A DNA stretch of 64,000 bases from the human T2T-CHM13v2.0 reference genome, Homo sapiens, in the NCBI RefSeq assembly GCF_009914755.1, contig NC_060925.1; one strand, 5' to 3'. The translations under genes were made by a program, and so were the position numbers. Of this stretch, positions 41,540 to 54,087 are shown piece by piece. Position 1 is the stretch's first letter. Each line of letters begins with the position of its first letter. The notes beneath the pieces were generated by a model that saw only the letters and a program-made list of their open reading frames with translations, had not been told where the DNA came from and searched no databases.

Positions 41540-42040
41540 TATTCATACTCTACTTCCTTCCATTTCTTTCTCATTGCACTTCCAGGACCAGGAGACAAGC
41601 ATAGAGATAGATATTGGAGACAAAGATATAAATGTCCTTGTTTTTGTCCTCAAGGAGTTCTTGGTCCTGAGTAGGGTCAGCATGTGCTAATAGTGTGAAA
41701 AATAAAACTACAGATATCTGGACATGATACAGAGACAGGAGCACACAGAAAGGGTGTTAATTTCTGATAAGCCAAGGTCAAGAATAATGGAAATGAGCAA
41801 AGCCTTTAGAGCAGAAGGAGCACCTGAATTGAATTTATTCATTCAATATTCAACAGATGTTTACTGAGCAGTTATTATATATCAGGTCTGTTCTAGGTAC
41901 TAGGGATACAGCAGTGAATAAACAAATAACACATAGGTAAAGATTTAGTATGCTATATGGTATTAAGGACAATGGAGAAAAATAAAGGATAAAAGAGAGG
42001 TAGAAAGTCCAGCAGTGGGATAAATGAAATATTAGAGGAT
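41540..42040 (-). mobile_element. L2 fragments (two 3' ends)
   Basis: ATTCAACAGATGTTTACTGAGCA...GTTCTAGGTACTAGGGATACAGCAGTGAATAA; TTTGTCCTCAAGGAGTTC. Confidence 0.7.
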
Positions 42041-42056
42041 GAATATTGATCTTTAT

Positions 42057-42210
42057 TGTTAGTCCACTCAGGCTGCTACAACACAGTACTGGACATTTAT
42101 TTCTTACAATCCTGGAGGCTGGAAAGTTTAAGATCAAGATGCCAGCTGATTTGGTTCTTGGTGAGAGCTCTCCTCTTGGCTTGCAGACTGCTGCATTTTT
42201 CGAGTGCTCT

Positions 42211-42250
<40 letters not shown>

Positions 42251-42450
42251 AATAGAGTGAGATAGGGCACGAGAGAGCTCCCTGGTTTTTCTTTTTATAA
42301 GGGCACTAATTCCATTATGAAGGCCCCACCCTTATAACCTTATCTAAAGCTAATTACCTCCCAAAGACCCCATCTGTTAATACCATAAAATTCTGAGTTA
42401 GGACTTCAACATAGGAATTTTGGAGTGGGGACACAACTCAGTTCATAGCA
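42057..42450 (-). mobile_element. MLT1A0-like solo LTR with perfect 5-bp TSD and internal (GA)n
   Basis: TG...CA ends; TTTAT at 42052-42056 and 42451-42455; GA run ~42211-42250. Confidence 0.9.
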
Positions 42451-43180
42451 TTTATAAAGTAGTTGCTTTTTGAGAGAGCTGTTTGGATGGTGGCACCACA
42501 ATGTCTTCTAAAAATGCAAAATCTTTGTTTTCACTGCTAAATTATATGAGTAACAGACACTCCTTATTCTCACTCCAAACCTAATTCCCAAACTATTTGC
42601 TGCTAATTTTCATTTTCTACTTAATTCATTTTTGACTTGTTTAAATTTCTTGAAAGTGCACATTATTATTATATTCAGAGAAAGAAAAAATTTAAACTCT
42701 GAAAGGCACTGGGCTCATCATTTGGGTATACCATTTGCCACCTCCTAAACTATTATTGTAAAAGAGATTAGTTATATTAAATAGAATATTTCAGATGAGA
42801 GGAGTACTTAGAGAGCAGTACCCAATTGAGAATTTCTTGTGTTGTCTAGATCTAAGAATAAGGGATTATATTTTGGTTCGAATATCCTCCACACCCATGT
42901 CTAATATTTTATTTTATCAAATCAGGACACTCATAAAAAAGAGGTGTCTATCAATTGGAAGCATAAATACTATATTAAGAAAATGTATTTAATAATTGAA
43001 AGTAACTGCAATCATTGTAAATTTGAGATGGAAATTAAAGAAAATAAATGAGTTCTCAAGGATTAAGAGATACTTTGCATAGAAAAGTTTCTGAGTTGAG
43101 TATCTGAAAACATATTGGTTTTTTATTCCATTTAGTTTGTTAGAATACCCAGCTTATTTCTCATAAAAATCCCTGATTCC

Positions 43181-43467
43181 GGCTGGGCACGGTGGCTCAT
43201 GCCTGTAATCCCAGTACTTTGGAAGGCCGAGGTGGGTGGATCACGACGTTAGGAATTTGAGACCAGCCTGGCCAACATGGTGAAATCCCATCTCTACTAA
43301 AAATACAAAAAATTAGACGGGCATGGTGGCGCATGCCTGTAGTCCCAGCTACTCAGGAGGCTGAGGCAGAAGAATCGCTTGAACCAGGGAGGCGGAGATT
43401 GCAGTCAGCCGAGATTGTGCCACTGTACTCTAGCCTGGGTGACAGAGTAAGACTCTGTCTCAAAAAA

Positions 43468-43498
<31 letters not shown>

Positions 43499-43505
43499 AT
43501 TAATT
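43181..43505 (+). mobile_element. AluS (Sg-like) with (AAAT)n tail
   Basis: Full dimer; diverged TSD AATCCCTGATTCC / AATTCCTAATTCC. Confidence 0.95.
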
Positions 43506-43519
43506 AATTCCTAATTCCT

Positions 43520-43705
43520 GTCCCTCCCCCAGTCTCATTCACAATCCCTAACCCAAGGGAGTGTGATTGGTGGTGATAAGGTGAGGTGTGTGTTGAATGG
43601 GGCTCAGGGATCTGGGAATGATAATTTCCCAAGGAGAATACGGGCGCTGGTACAGAAGAAGGGAGAATGGTTCGGTTGTTGGGTGGTCAAAACACAGCTG
43701 ATCAT
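43520..43705 (-). mobile_element. Old MLT1 (K/L-like) LTR fragment
   Basis: TTTCCCAAGGAGAATACGGGCGCTGGTACAGAAGAAGGGAGAATGG. Confidence 0.5.
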
Positions 43706-45399
43706 CAGAGTGTCTTTTTCTCCTATACTTGTATGTTGAGATTTTTTTCCACTTTAAGGCCTAATAAATGCTGCCTTTTCAATGCAATCTTCCCTGATAC
43801 TGTCTATTCACTCCTCAAAACAGAATTCATCTGTCTCCTTTATTTATTTATTTATTTTTGCTTCTAAAGCAGTTTATTGATATGTTTGTCACAGAATATT
43901 GTTTTCTCCCTTGGATTAGTGTTCTTATTCAAAAACATTCTTATCTCTGGTATTAAGAGCAGCTGGAAAACCACGGCACTGTGTTATTTCTCACTCCTCC
44001 CCCAGTAAGGCCTAAAAACGATTACATTAAAATGCATCTGACCCCCTTTTCCCCACAAGCAGCATATGGAGCTGCTCTCAGGCTTAGACCAGGCGGAGGT
44101 CTGAATCTTCCTGAGTATTTACAGTTGTAAGACTGGTGGAGAGAAATATACATTTCTTCCCTCTGCATCTCCAAACTAGTTTGGCTTAGTAGTGAAGCTT
44201 CTACCCCTTAAATTTATACCAAAAAAAAGAAGATGGCTCTTGAAAACGCTTTCTATAAAGCATATTTCTTTATCAGAATTACTTGGGGATTTAGTCAAAA
44301 GTGGAGACTTCAGGGTCTCACCTCATGCCCTCAATCAGAATCTTTGTTGATGCTTTCTTTTAATGGCTATACATATTGATGTCTAGCTTATCAGTTCTAA
44401 GATCTACAGTGTCAGATACCAAGAGGAGTTATTCAATGACACATTCATTGATTTTTGTGTTATGTGACTATCTCTGAGTAAGGGAGGAAAAGTGCCACTA
44501 AATAGAAGAGACTTTTGTACAGGAATTCCAAGGGATTGTCTAAAAGCTGAATAATACCTGTAATTAGACTCTTAGCAAAGATGCCCATTTCTATCCACAT
44601 TGCCAGATCTCTAGAAGTTTTGTATGGCACTTCAGGAGAGGGCTCCAACACCCAGACACTTCATGTGTCTGGTAAGTTTTTGGTTCTTGTCAGTTGCTCA
44701 TTTCTCTCCCAGTCACCTCTGGGAGTGTCAATGGCTTATCTCACTCTGCAGTGGCGGCCCCAAACGCAGGCTGCAGGTCACCCCGGCTTATCACCACTTT
44801 ACATGGCTTCTCCAAGCAAATGGTGAGCCCTACTTGACTTGGGCCAAGAGCTGTATTGATTATTAACTACAGAAAAACATCTGGTTTTCATTATTCGTGG
44901 TAGCAGACCAGAGCGGGGTGCTGTGCTGGCTGGTGTGGTCACTTAACAACCATCAAGACTAGCTATAAAGAAAATTTAACATATCCTGTAATTACAGTCT
45001 GCCAAGCACAGAGGGGAGGAGGAATCTGCAGATCTGATTTCAGGACAAGAGAAAATGTTTATTGTATCTGTTCCACACATTTATTTACTCAGAGGTCAGG
45101 AGGCTTGTTGAAATATGGCCGCTGGGTACTGATGCTCCTGCAGCAGCAGAGCGCCTTCTTGTTTAGGTCAGGAAGCTTCAGTGTGGCTCCAGGCGGATGG
45201 TCCCTTAATGCTTTTACAGGCTTTGGAATTTGGGCTGATGGAAAAGGATGGGTGGATCTTGTCTGGAATAAACAATCCTTCTCCCACACAGTGCTGGGTG
45301 CCCTCCCCTGGGGCTCTTCTCAACCTTCTGGAGGCTGCCTTCAGGGGCTTTTCCAACTGCTCCCTTCCCACTCCCTGGCAAAGGGTGACTGGGACAGTG

Positions 45400-45870
<471 letters not shown>

Positions 45871-46439
45871 GGAGGAAGCAGTGGTTCCTTCCAGGACATA
45901 AAGGAAGAGTGCAACCACCCTACTGTCTTTCCAGAGCAGAAAAATGGAGATGCAGCAGTTTTTTTTTTCCAGACTTATGTTTAGAAGTTTTTTTTCTCAC
46001 AGAATTTTTGACAGAGTGACCTCTGAACCAGTGGGTTAGAGAATTGGATTGACAATTCCCAGATGTATTCAGGAATAGGAACTGTAAAAAGCAAGTAAAC
46101 CGAGCACCCCAACTTTCAAGGGTATTAAACTCTAAAATTGAGCTATCTATGTAGAAATAGGAGTAAACTACAAGCTAAGAGATTATCAAATACAAAATGG
46201 CAACCCCAGAAAACAGGTGAAGCCAGTGTTGGATCCATACATCAAAGGATGGCAGTGTGTGAAGGAGGAGGGGTGGGCAGGGCTGGTCTTAAAACTCTGA
46301 ATTGAAGAAGGGGGAGTCTTTTAACTTCTCTTTTCCATTCTTTTGACCCCTAAGTCCCTTTAACTGTCTCTTCTTTCCCTTATCAAATGCTACCCATAGG
46401 AAAAGATGAGATGAATTTATTCAAACAGAAGCTTAAGCA

Positions 46440-47028
46440 GTTGAACTAATTTACACTCTCACTAACAGTGTAAAAGCGTTCCTATTTCTCCACATCCTCT
46501 CCAGCATCTATTGTTTCCTGACTTTTTAATGATTGCCATTCTAACTGGTGTGAGATGGTATCTCATTGTGGTTTTGATTTGCATTTCTCTAATGGTCAGT
46601 GATGATGAGGATTTTTTTTATGTTTGTTGGCTGCATAAATGTCTTCTTTTGAGAAGTGTCTGTTCATATCCCTCACCCACTTTTTGATGTTTTTTTTTTT
46701 TCTTGTAAATTTGTTTAAGTTCTTTGTAGATTCTCGATATTAGTCCTTGGTCAGATGGATAGATTGCAAAAATTTTCTCCCATTCTGTAGGTTGCCTGTT
46801 CACTCTAATGATAGTTTCTTTTGCTGTGCAGCTCTTTAGTTTAATTAGATCCCATTTGCCTATTTAGGCTTTTGTTGCCATTGCTTTTGGTGTTATAGTC
46901 ATGAAGTCTTTTCCCATGCCTATGTCCTGAATGGTATTGCCTAGGTTTTCTTCTAGGATTTTTATGATTTTAGGTCTTACAATTAAGTCTCTAATGCATC
47001 TTGAGTTAATTTTTGTATAAGGTGTAAG
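46440..47028 (-). mobile_element. Inverted 5' part of a twin-primed L1PA (PA5-7-like), ORF2 3' region
   Basis: ORF 46618-46803 [35 protein letters not shown] is L1 ORF2. Confidence 0.9.
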
Positions 47029-47422
47029 ACAGTGTGGCAATTCCTCAAAGATCTAGAACTAGAAATACCATTTGACCCAGCCATCCCATTACTGGGTATA
47101 TACCCAAAGGATTATAAATCATTCTACTATAAAGACTCATGCACACGTATGTTTATTGCGGCACTGTTCACAATAGCAAAGACTTGGAACCAACCCAAAT
47201 GCCTATCAATGATAGACTGGGTAAAGAAATTGTGGCACATATACACCATGGAATACTATGCAGCCATAAAAAAGGATGAGTTCATGTCCTTTGCAAGGAC
47301 ATGGATGAAACCATCATTCTCAGCAAACTAACACAGGAACAGAAAACCAAACACTGCATGTTCTCACTCATAAGTGGGAGTTGAACAATGATAACACATG
47401 GACACAGGGAGGGGAACATCAC
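47029..47422 (+). mobile_element. Non-inverted part of the same L1PA (ORF2 end and start of 3' UTR); poly(A) missing
   Basis: ORF 47032-47331 [34 protein letters not shown]. Confidence 0.9.
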
Positions 47423-48391
47423 TACTGCCTGCAGAAATTTTCCTACTCTCCCTCTGACCATTTCAAAGAAGGTAAAGCTAGGGAATGGGAACGCTGGCAT
47501 GAATATGCTGTGGACCTGCCACATGGTGTATGTACATGGGAGAAGAGGGGTTACCATTTTAGTTTGGGAAGTAAAGGGTTCTTTCAACTTTGTCTTTTTC
47601 ATATTAGTAGTTATGAAAAGTTCAGAATCCCTGAAATTTTTATACCAGTAAACAGAAAAAAAAATCGAAGGAGTAATAATGACGTTTTTTATGCTTTCAA
47701 ATTCTTCAGATTTTTGGAGGCTGCTGTAACAATAAATAGAAGAAAATTTATAGCCTATAAATATCTAGGATATTCTGGTTAAGCATGATGATTTTTTTCT
47801 GAAATTTTACTAAATTTATAATAAAGGAATAAAAAAGGATAAACCAAGAAGAGAAAAGAAGAGATAAAAGCAAAATTTCGAAGCTGGAAAGTGAATAAAC
47901 CAGTGTGGCAAATTACTTTGCACTTTGGAGTTGAAAACTCAATGCCTGTAGGCAGGAAGGACCACTAAGAAGTGAGCTGCACAACCTTGGAAGGAACCCC
48001 AAATCAAAGGCAGCAGTATAGACGCAAAGACCTGGATCCTCTTCATCAACCTTGGCAGCCTGGCCCCTCTCCTAGCTTCTGGACCATGGAAAGTTCATTC
48101 TCAGAAGAGACTGAAAGAAAAAGGTCCTGGATTCAAGAACACTAGGAATGGTAGAGGAAGGAATATCAGAAAACAAGAGGGTTAAGTGAAATTTACATAC
48201 CGACCATTGATACTCCAGCTCCCTTCCTGAAGCAGTTCTTGGAATGTGAACAGCCAGAGTTATACCCTCCTGGCAGGAGATTGGATGCTTTGTTCCTGGG
48301 GAAACTTGCCAAAAAAGATCTAAAAATACATTAAAGTTTCCCAAGGAAACAATCAGGTCTCCACCTACAAGGAAGCTCACTCACTAGTTGA

Positions 48392-48730
<339 letters not shown>

Positions 48731-49410
48731 TGAGAAGGCTTTCATGCAAAAAATGCTTCTGAATAATATTTTAATAATTCACTTTTACATAGGAATTTAT
48801 AGTCAAGGATCACCAGCATGTGAGGAATGCCTCCATGGTGAAAATAGAAACCTTAATTAATGTAACAACAACAAAAAACCCAGAAACTCAGAGAAGGAAA
48901 GACAATACAGGGAACAGAAACAAACTGAAAACAAAACAAAACAAAACTCTCCCAAATAATTAATATTTTCAGAAATATAAAAAGATAGTATGAGGGAAAA
49001 ACACAATTACACTTAAAAGAAGAAACATTCAGAGAACAGAAATAACTTTCGCAAGTTAAAAAGCAGAATAAAGTAACCAATATAATAGGTGGAAAATAAA
49101 GTTAAAGAAATTAAGCAGATGGTTGAAAAATGCGAGAGAAAAGATAAGAGAATGAAATGCTCAGGCGAGAAACTGATAGGACTTCTAAAAAGAAAGAACA
49201 GAAAAAACAGAAGGGAGGAAATTATCTAAGAAATAACACCACCCATGGATACGAATTTCTGAATTAAAAAGGCTCACTGAGTGCAGATTAAAAGGACACA
49301 TACTAAGAAGATCATTTGTGAAATTTCAGCACTGGGAACTTAGAGAAGATCCTAAAAACTCTGACAGAGAAGAAATAAAAGGAGGAAGAAGACGAAAAGA
49401 AAATCAGGTC

Positions 49411-50087
49411 TGTATTAGTCAGGACTCTCTAGAGGGACAGAACTAATGGAATATATATATATATTTATATATATAGGGAATATATATATATATTTATATA
49501 TATAGGGAATATATATATATATTTATATATATAGGGAATATATATATATTTATATATAGGGAATATATATATTTATATATAGGGAATATATATATATAGG
49601 GAATATATATATTTATATATAGGGAATATATATATTTATAGGTATAAGGAATATATATATGCATATATATGGGAGTTTATTAGGTATTAACTCACACGAT
49701 TAACTCACATGATTAAGTATTAACTCACACGGTCACAAGGTCCCACAATTGGTCGTCTGCAAACTGAGGAACAAGGAATCCAGTGTGAGTTCCAAAACTG
49801 AAGAACTTGGATTCAGATGTTCGAGGGCAGGAAACATCCAGCATGGGAGAAAGATGTAGGCTGGGAGGCTAGGCCAGTCACTCTTTTCACATTTTCTGCC
49901 TGCTTATATTCTAGCTGTGCTGGCAGCTGATTAGATTGTGCCCACCCAGATTAAGGGTGGGTCTGCCTTTTCCAGCCCGCTAACTCTAATGTTAATCTCC
50001 TTTGGCAACACCCTCACAGGTACAATCAGGATCAATACTTTACATTCTTCAATTCAATCAATTTGACACTTAGTATTAACCATCACA
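49411..50087 (-). mobile_element. MLT2A1 (HERV-L) solo LTR
   Basis: TGTATTAGTCAGG...AGAGGGACAGAACTAATGG...GATGTAGGCTGGGAGGCTAGGCCAGTC...GTATTAACCATCACA. Confidence 0.9.
49447..49672. repeat. AT-rich VNTR inside MLT2A1, ~9 variable units of GGGAA(TA)nTT(TA)n
   Basis: Directly visible in the sequence. Confidence 0.9.
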
Positions 50088-50256
50088 TGTCATACCCAAA
50101 GAACTGGCAATCACTGTGGCATCAGGCTTCTCAAAAACAAAGGAAAGCAAAGCAGAGTGAAGGAACACCTCCATGACATTCTATGCCTATCCAAACTATC
50201 AGCCAAGCAGGAATGTAGAATGAAGACACGAAAAATCTCAAAAAATTTACCTCCAC

Positions 50257-50989
50257 GTTTTATCTGTTATCCATCAATGGGCATTTAGGTTGTTTCCACA
50301 TCTTGGCTATTGTGAATAATGCTACAATGAACAACAAATGTGGGAGTGCAAATATCTCTGCAACATACTTATTTCAGTTCTTTTAAATATATACCCAGAA
50401 GTGCTGCATCATAAGACACTTATATTTTTAATTTTTTGAGGACCTTCCATATTGTTTTCCATAGTGGGTACACCATTTTATATTTCCACCAACAATGTAC
50501 AACGTTTCCAATTTCTCAACATTCTTGTCAAAACTTATTTTTTAAGAAATAATAACCACCTTCTGTGGGCTAGATATTTGTGTCTCCTGACCCCTAAAAT
50601 TTATATGTTGAAGCCTAAATCCTTAAATACCATGTGATAGTGTTAGAAGGTGGGGCCTTTGGGAGGTAATTAACCCATAAGGATAGAGTCCTCCTTAATG
50701 GGATTAGTGCCCTTTTAAAAGGAGGAGGAGACACAGGGTTTCTCTGCTCTCTGCCATGTGAGGATATAATAAGAAGACGACCATCTCTGAACCAGGATGT
50801 CCTTACCAGAAATTGAATATGCTGGCATCTTGATCTTGCATTTACTAACCTCTAGTACTGTGAGAAACAAATTCCTGTTGTTTATAAGTCACCCAGTCTA
50901 TAGTACTTTGTTATAGCAGCCTGAACTGACTAAGGCACCATCGTAAACAGGTGTGAGATATCTCACTGTGATTTCATTTGCATTTTCCT
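50257..50989 (-). mobile_element. Inverted 5' part of an L1MA (MA8-10-like), split by a MaLR LTR
   Basis: CATTTAGGTTGTTTCCACATCTTGGCTATTGTGAATAATGCT...ACAGGTGTGAGATATCTCACTGTGATTTCATTTGCATTT. Confidence 0.85.
50561..50937 (+). mobile_element. MLT1A0/MSTD-like solo LTR inside L1MA
   Basis: AGGTGGGGCCTTTGGGAGGTAATTA...GCAGCCTGAACTGACTAAGGCA; TSD CCACC/CCATC. Confidence 0.85.
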
Positions 50990-51645
50990 GTGGTACATAC
51001 ATGCAATGGAATATTATTCAGCCTTAAAAAAGAAAATCCTGCTATGTGGAACAACATGAATAATCCTTGAGGACATAATGTATGCCAAGTGAAATAAGTT
51101 AGTCACAGTAGAATAAATACTGCATTATTCCATTTATATGAAGTATCTAATATAGTCAAACACATAGAAGCAGAAGAGTAGAATAGTGGTTACCAGGGGC
51201 TGGAAGTGGGGGAAGTGAGAGTTACTATTCAATGAGTATAATGGTTCAGTTAAACCAGATGATTAAGTTCTAGAGATCTGCTGTACGACATTTGCTCATG
51301 GTGGACAACACTATATTGTATGCATACTTAAAAATTTGTTAAGAGGCAATGAGAACACATGAACACAGGGAGGGCAACATCACACTCCAGGGCCTGTCAG
51401 GGGGTAGGGGGAAAGGGGAGGGAGAACATGAGGACTAATACCTAATGCACTTGGGGCTTAAAACCTAGACGATGGGTTGACAGGTGCAGCAAACCACCAT
51501 GGCACATATATACCTATGTAACAAACCTGCATGTTCTCCACATGTATCCCAGAACTTAAAGTAAAAAAAAAATTGTTAAGAGGGTAGATCCTATGTTAAA
51601 TATTCTTACCAGAATTAAAGTACAAAAGAAAAACAAAAAAATTAT
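50990..51645 (+). mobile_element. Non-inverted 3' part of the L1MA (MA8-10-like)
   Basis: AAGTTCTAGAGATCTGCTGTAC...AAAATTTGTTAAGAGG [L1PA] GTAGATCCTATGTTAAATATTCTTACCA, then an A-rich tail. Confidence 0.85.
51347..51572 (+). mobile_element. L1PA7/8-like 3'-end insertion with TSD
   Basis: GATGGGTTGACAGGTGCAGCAAACCACCATGGCAC...GAACTTAAAGTAAAAAA; TTGTTAAGAGG at 51336-51346 and 51573-51583. Confidence 0.9.
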
Positions 51646-52136
51646 TACAATGATCTCTTTCACAGGAAGCCATTGGTAGTGGTGTTTCTCTAAAACAAAA
51701 GGGTAACCCCCCAAAATTAAATAAGAAATACAAGAACTGTGAGGGAGAGAGAATTCCAAAAAATTGTGAAGGAAATTGTGAAGGAAGATTGAACATTAAG
51801 TCACTTCTGCTGAGAGATGGAAAGCAACCAACACAGATTGAGCAGAAGGCTGGGAGGATGCAGAAGGCTGGGAGGATCCAGAAGGGAGATCATTGAGGAA
51901 AACATGAAAGTAATAGATGACGCAGTATGTTTGTCTGAAAAATTGAGACTATGAAAGAAAATTAGTGATAAACACACAGAATAATAAGGAAGGAAAAAAT
52001 GAGACAATTATTGACTCTAGGGAAACAAATCTGTACAAAAATAGAAATACAATTGCAATGTACAAAATGGCTCTCCTGTGAATAATATCCATATATTCAT
52101 AATATAAAAATTGAATATTGATAAAAATATAACTAC

Positions 52137-52610
52137 TATATTAGCTTCCTATTGTTATGTAACAAGTCACTCCAGATTTAGTAGTCTAAAACAATACTCA
52201 TTTATTAGCTCGTAGTTCCGTAGGTGAGACGTTCAGGCACAGAGACTCACTGGACTTTCTCCTCAGAGTCTCGCAAGGCTCAAATCAGAGAATCAGCTGG
52301 GTTGTCTTCCTTTTTGGAGGCTCTGGGGAAGAATCCAATTCCAACTTCATTCGAATGGTTGGTAGAATTCATTTTCCAATGTTTGTAGAAATGAAGTCTT
52401 TATTTCCCTGCTAGCTGTTGGCTGAGGACTGCTCTCAGCTCCAAGAGACTGCCCCCCTCCATCAGGTGTTCACAACATGAGTGTCTGCTTTCTTCCAGGC
52501 TAGCAGGAGTGCATTCTTGTCTCATTCTTTTGTTCCTAGCCAGAGACAACTTTCCTTCTAAGTGCTCATGTGATTAGGTCAGACCCAGTTGAATATTCTC
52601 TCTACCACTG
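52137..52610 (-). mobile_element. MLT1E-family MaLR LTR
   Basis: GGAGGCTCTGGGGAAGAATCC...TTGGTAGAATTCA...GCTCATGTGATTAGGTCAGACCCA. Confidence 0.75.
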
Positions 52611-52860
52611 AAAGTGGGAAAAAAAAGACATGTAAGTATATGTTTCAAAATATAAAGATATTAATAATTATCTGAAGAAATATTTTAAAAATGGTTGCCT
52701 ATGGGGAGTAAGCTTCAGGAATGGGGTAGTATGGAACAGTAGATGCCATTTTCTGTGATATGCCTTGAATATTGCTATATTTTACTGAATCTAAGGTTTA
52801 CTGATTGTATGGTCCATTCTGATTTTGGGGATATTAAAACCTGAGAAATGTGATTTGCCT

Positions 52861-52935
52861 TATATAGACTATATATGTATTTTATATATATGTAAACACA
52901 CACACACAAACACACACACACACGCTCTCTCTCTT
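52861..52935. repeat. Compound (TA)/(CA)/(CT) microsatellite
   Basis: Directly visible in the sequence. Confidence 0.8.
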
Positions 52936-53829
52936 TCTGAATAAAATAAAAATTAGGAGCAAACCAAAATCAGATCAAAGGAATGATCTCTTTCATTCCC
53001 TTGAGTGAGGAAAGTGTGTCCTGGTTTTGAGTGAGTTAGTGTGTCCTGGCCTGGTGCAGAATGTGAAGAACATTCAAAATAATCAAAATAATCTAAGGCC
53101 TTCCATGGGTGTCAAAAAAGTCCTTTAGAACATAAATATACATAAGGAAGGTTTAAGAAAAATAGTAACCAGAAGTATGAATGCATAACCCATCATTAAC
53201 ATATAATAAAGTAATAAATATAACATATTTTATATAAACTAATACATCTAATACATATAATATATGCAAATCTAACATATGCAAAAATAAAAATAATAAA
53301 TACATTTGCATTTGCAAGCTATGGGTCAGTTCCTGTGTTAAGGTAAGTTGGTGGCAGATTCTTTGCCACCAAGTACCTCATAGTCCAGCAGATTATAAAA
53401 ACTGGGTAGGGACTACAATAAGCCAACTGCCAGACTGGAGGAAATGGCTTGATATAGTTGGAACAATGGGTGAGTGAAGGATAGCTGCGGTAAAAAGTGT
53501 TGGAAGGCAGTATCTTTTCAATAATATTTTCTATAATAATTGATGTCTGTATATTTTCTTAGATTAGTCAAGTTTTAATTACCTGATTCAGTCCTTAAAA
53601 TGCTCATTGCTAAGATATCCAAATATTTCTGATCTATGGATGTTGTCAGTGTTCAGTTTAGGGCTGTGTTTTTGATAGTTACTTCCATCATTTCCTACCA
53701 TCTTAGTAGGAATCAATTCCTACCATCAATTCCTACCATCTTAGTATAGATTTGATATTCTCAATACTCCTTAAAGTCTTCCAGAGAGATATTCATTATA
53801 ATTTTATGATGGTGAATAAGAAGAAAAAT

Positions 53830-54087
53830 AATAAGAATACAAATCTTTTATATTTGTCAATGTAAGTATTATTTTTGGTGCAGTTCATTCCTTTGTGTAG
53901 ATTCAGATTTCCATCTGGTATCATTTTCTTTCTGCATGAAAATGCAGAAGGAAAATTGCAGTGTCAGAAATTCTTCAGCTTTGGTATGCCTAAAACATTT
54001 TAATTTCATTTTTGTTTTTTAAAAAATATTTTTGCTGAATATAGGATTCTTGATTGACAATTTCCATTTCTTTTAGTAGTTTAAAAA
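53830..54087 (-). mobile_element. Ancient L1M ORF1/inter-ORF fragment
   Basis: GATTTCCATCTGGTATCATTTTC...TATTTTTGCTGAATATAGGATTCT. Confidence 0.65.

Noticed and set aside
44690-45200. GATA (CTTATC twice), TGTGGT and a CTCF-like GCAGCAGAGCGCC
   Set aside because: Short or imperfect motifs, too weak to call without chromatin data.
47032-47331. ORF with clear protein similarity
   Set aside because: It is an L1 ORF2 C-terminal remnant of a truncated element, not a host gene; the same applies to 1778-1981, 26300-26641 and 46618-46803.
49447-49672. Regularly spaced repeats resembling a CRISPR array (also 29865-30569)
   Set aside because: No unique spacers, no cas genes, and the context is a mammalian genome; these are VNTRs.
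51347-51572. L1PA 3' end as the missing tail of the L1PA at 46440-47422
   Set aside because: It has its own TSD inside L1MA and overlaps the other element in L1 coordinates, so it is an independent insertion.
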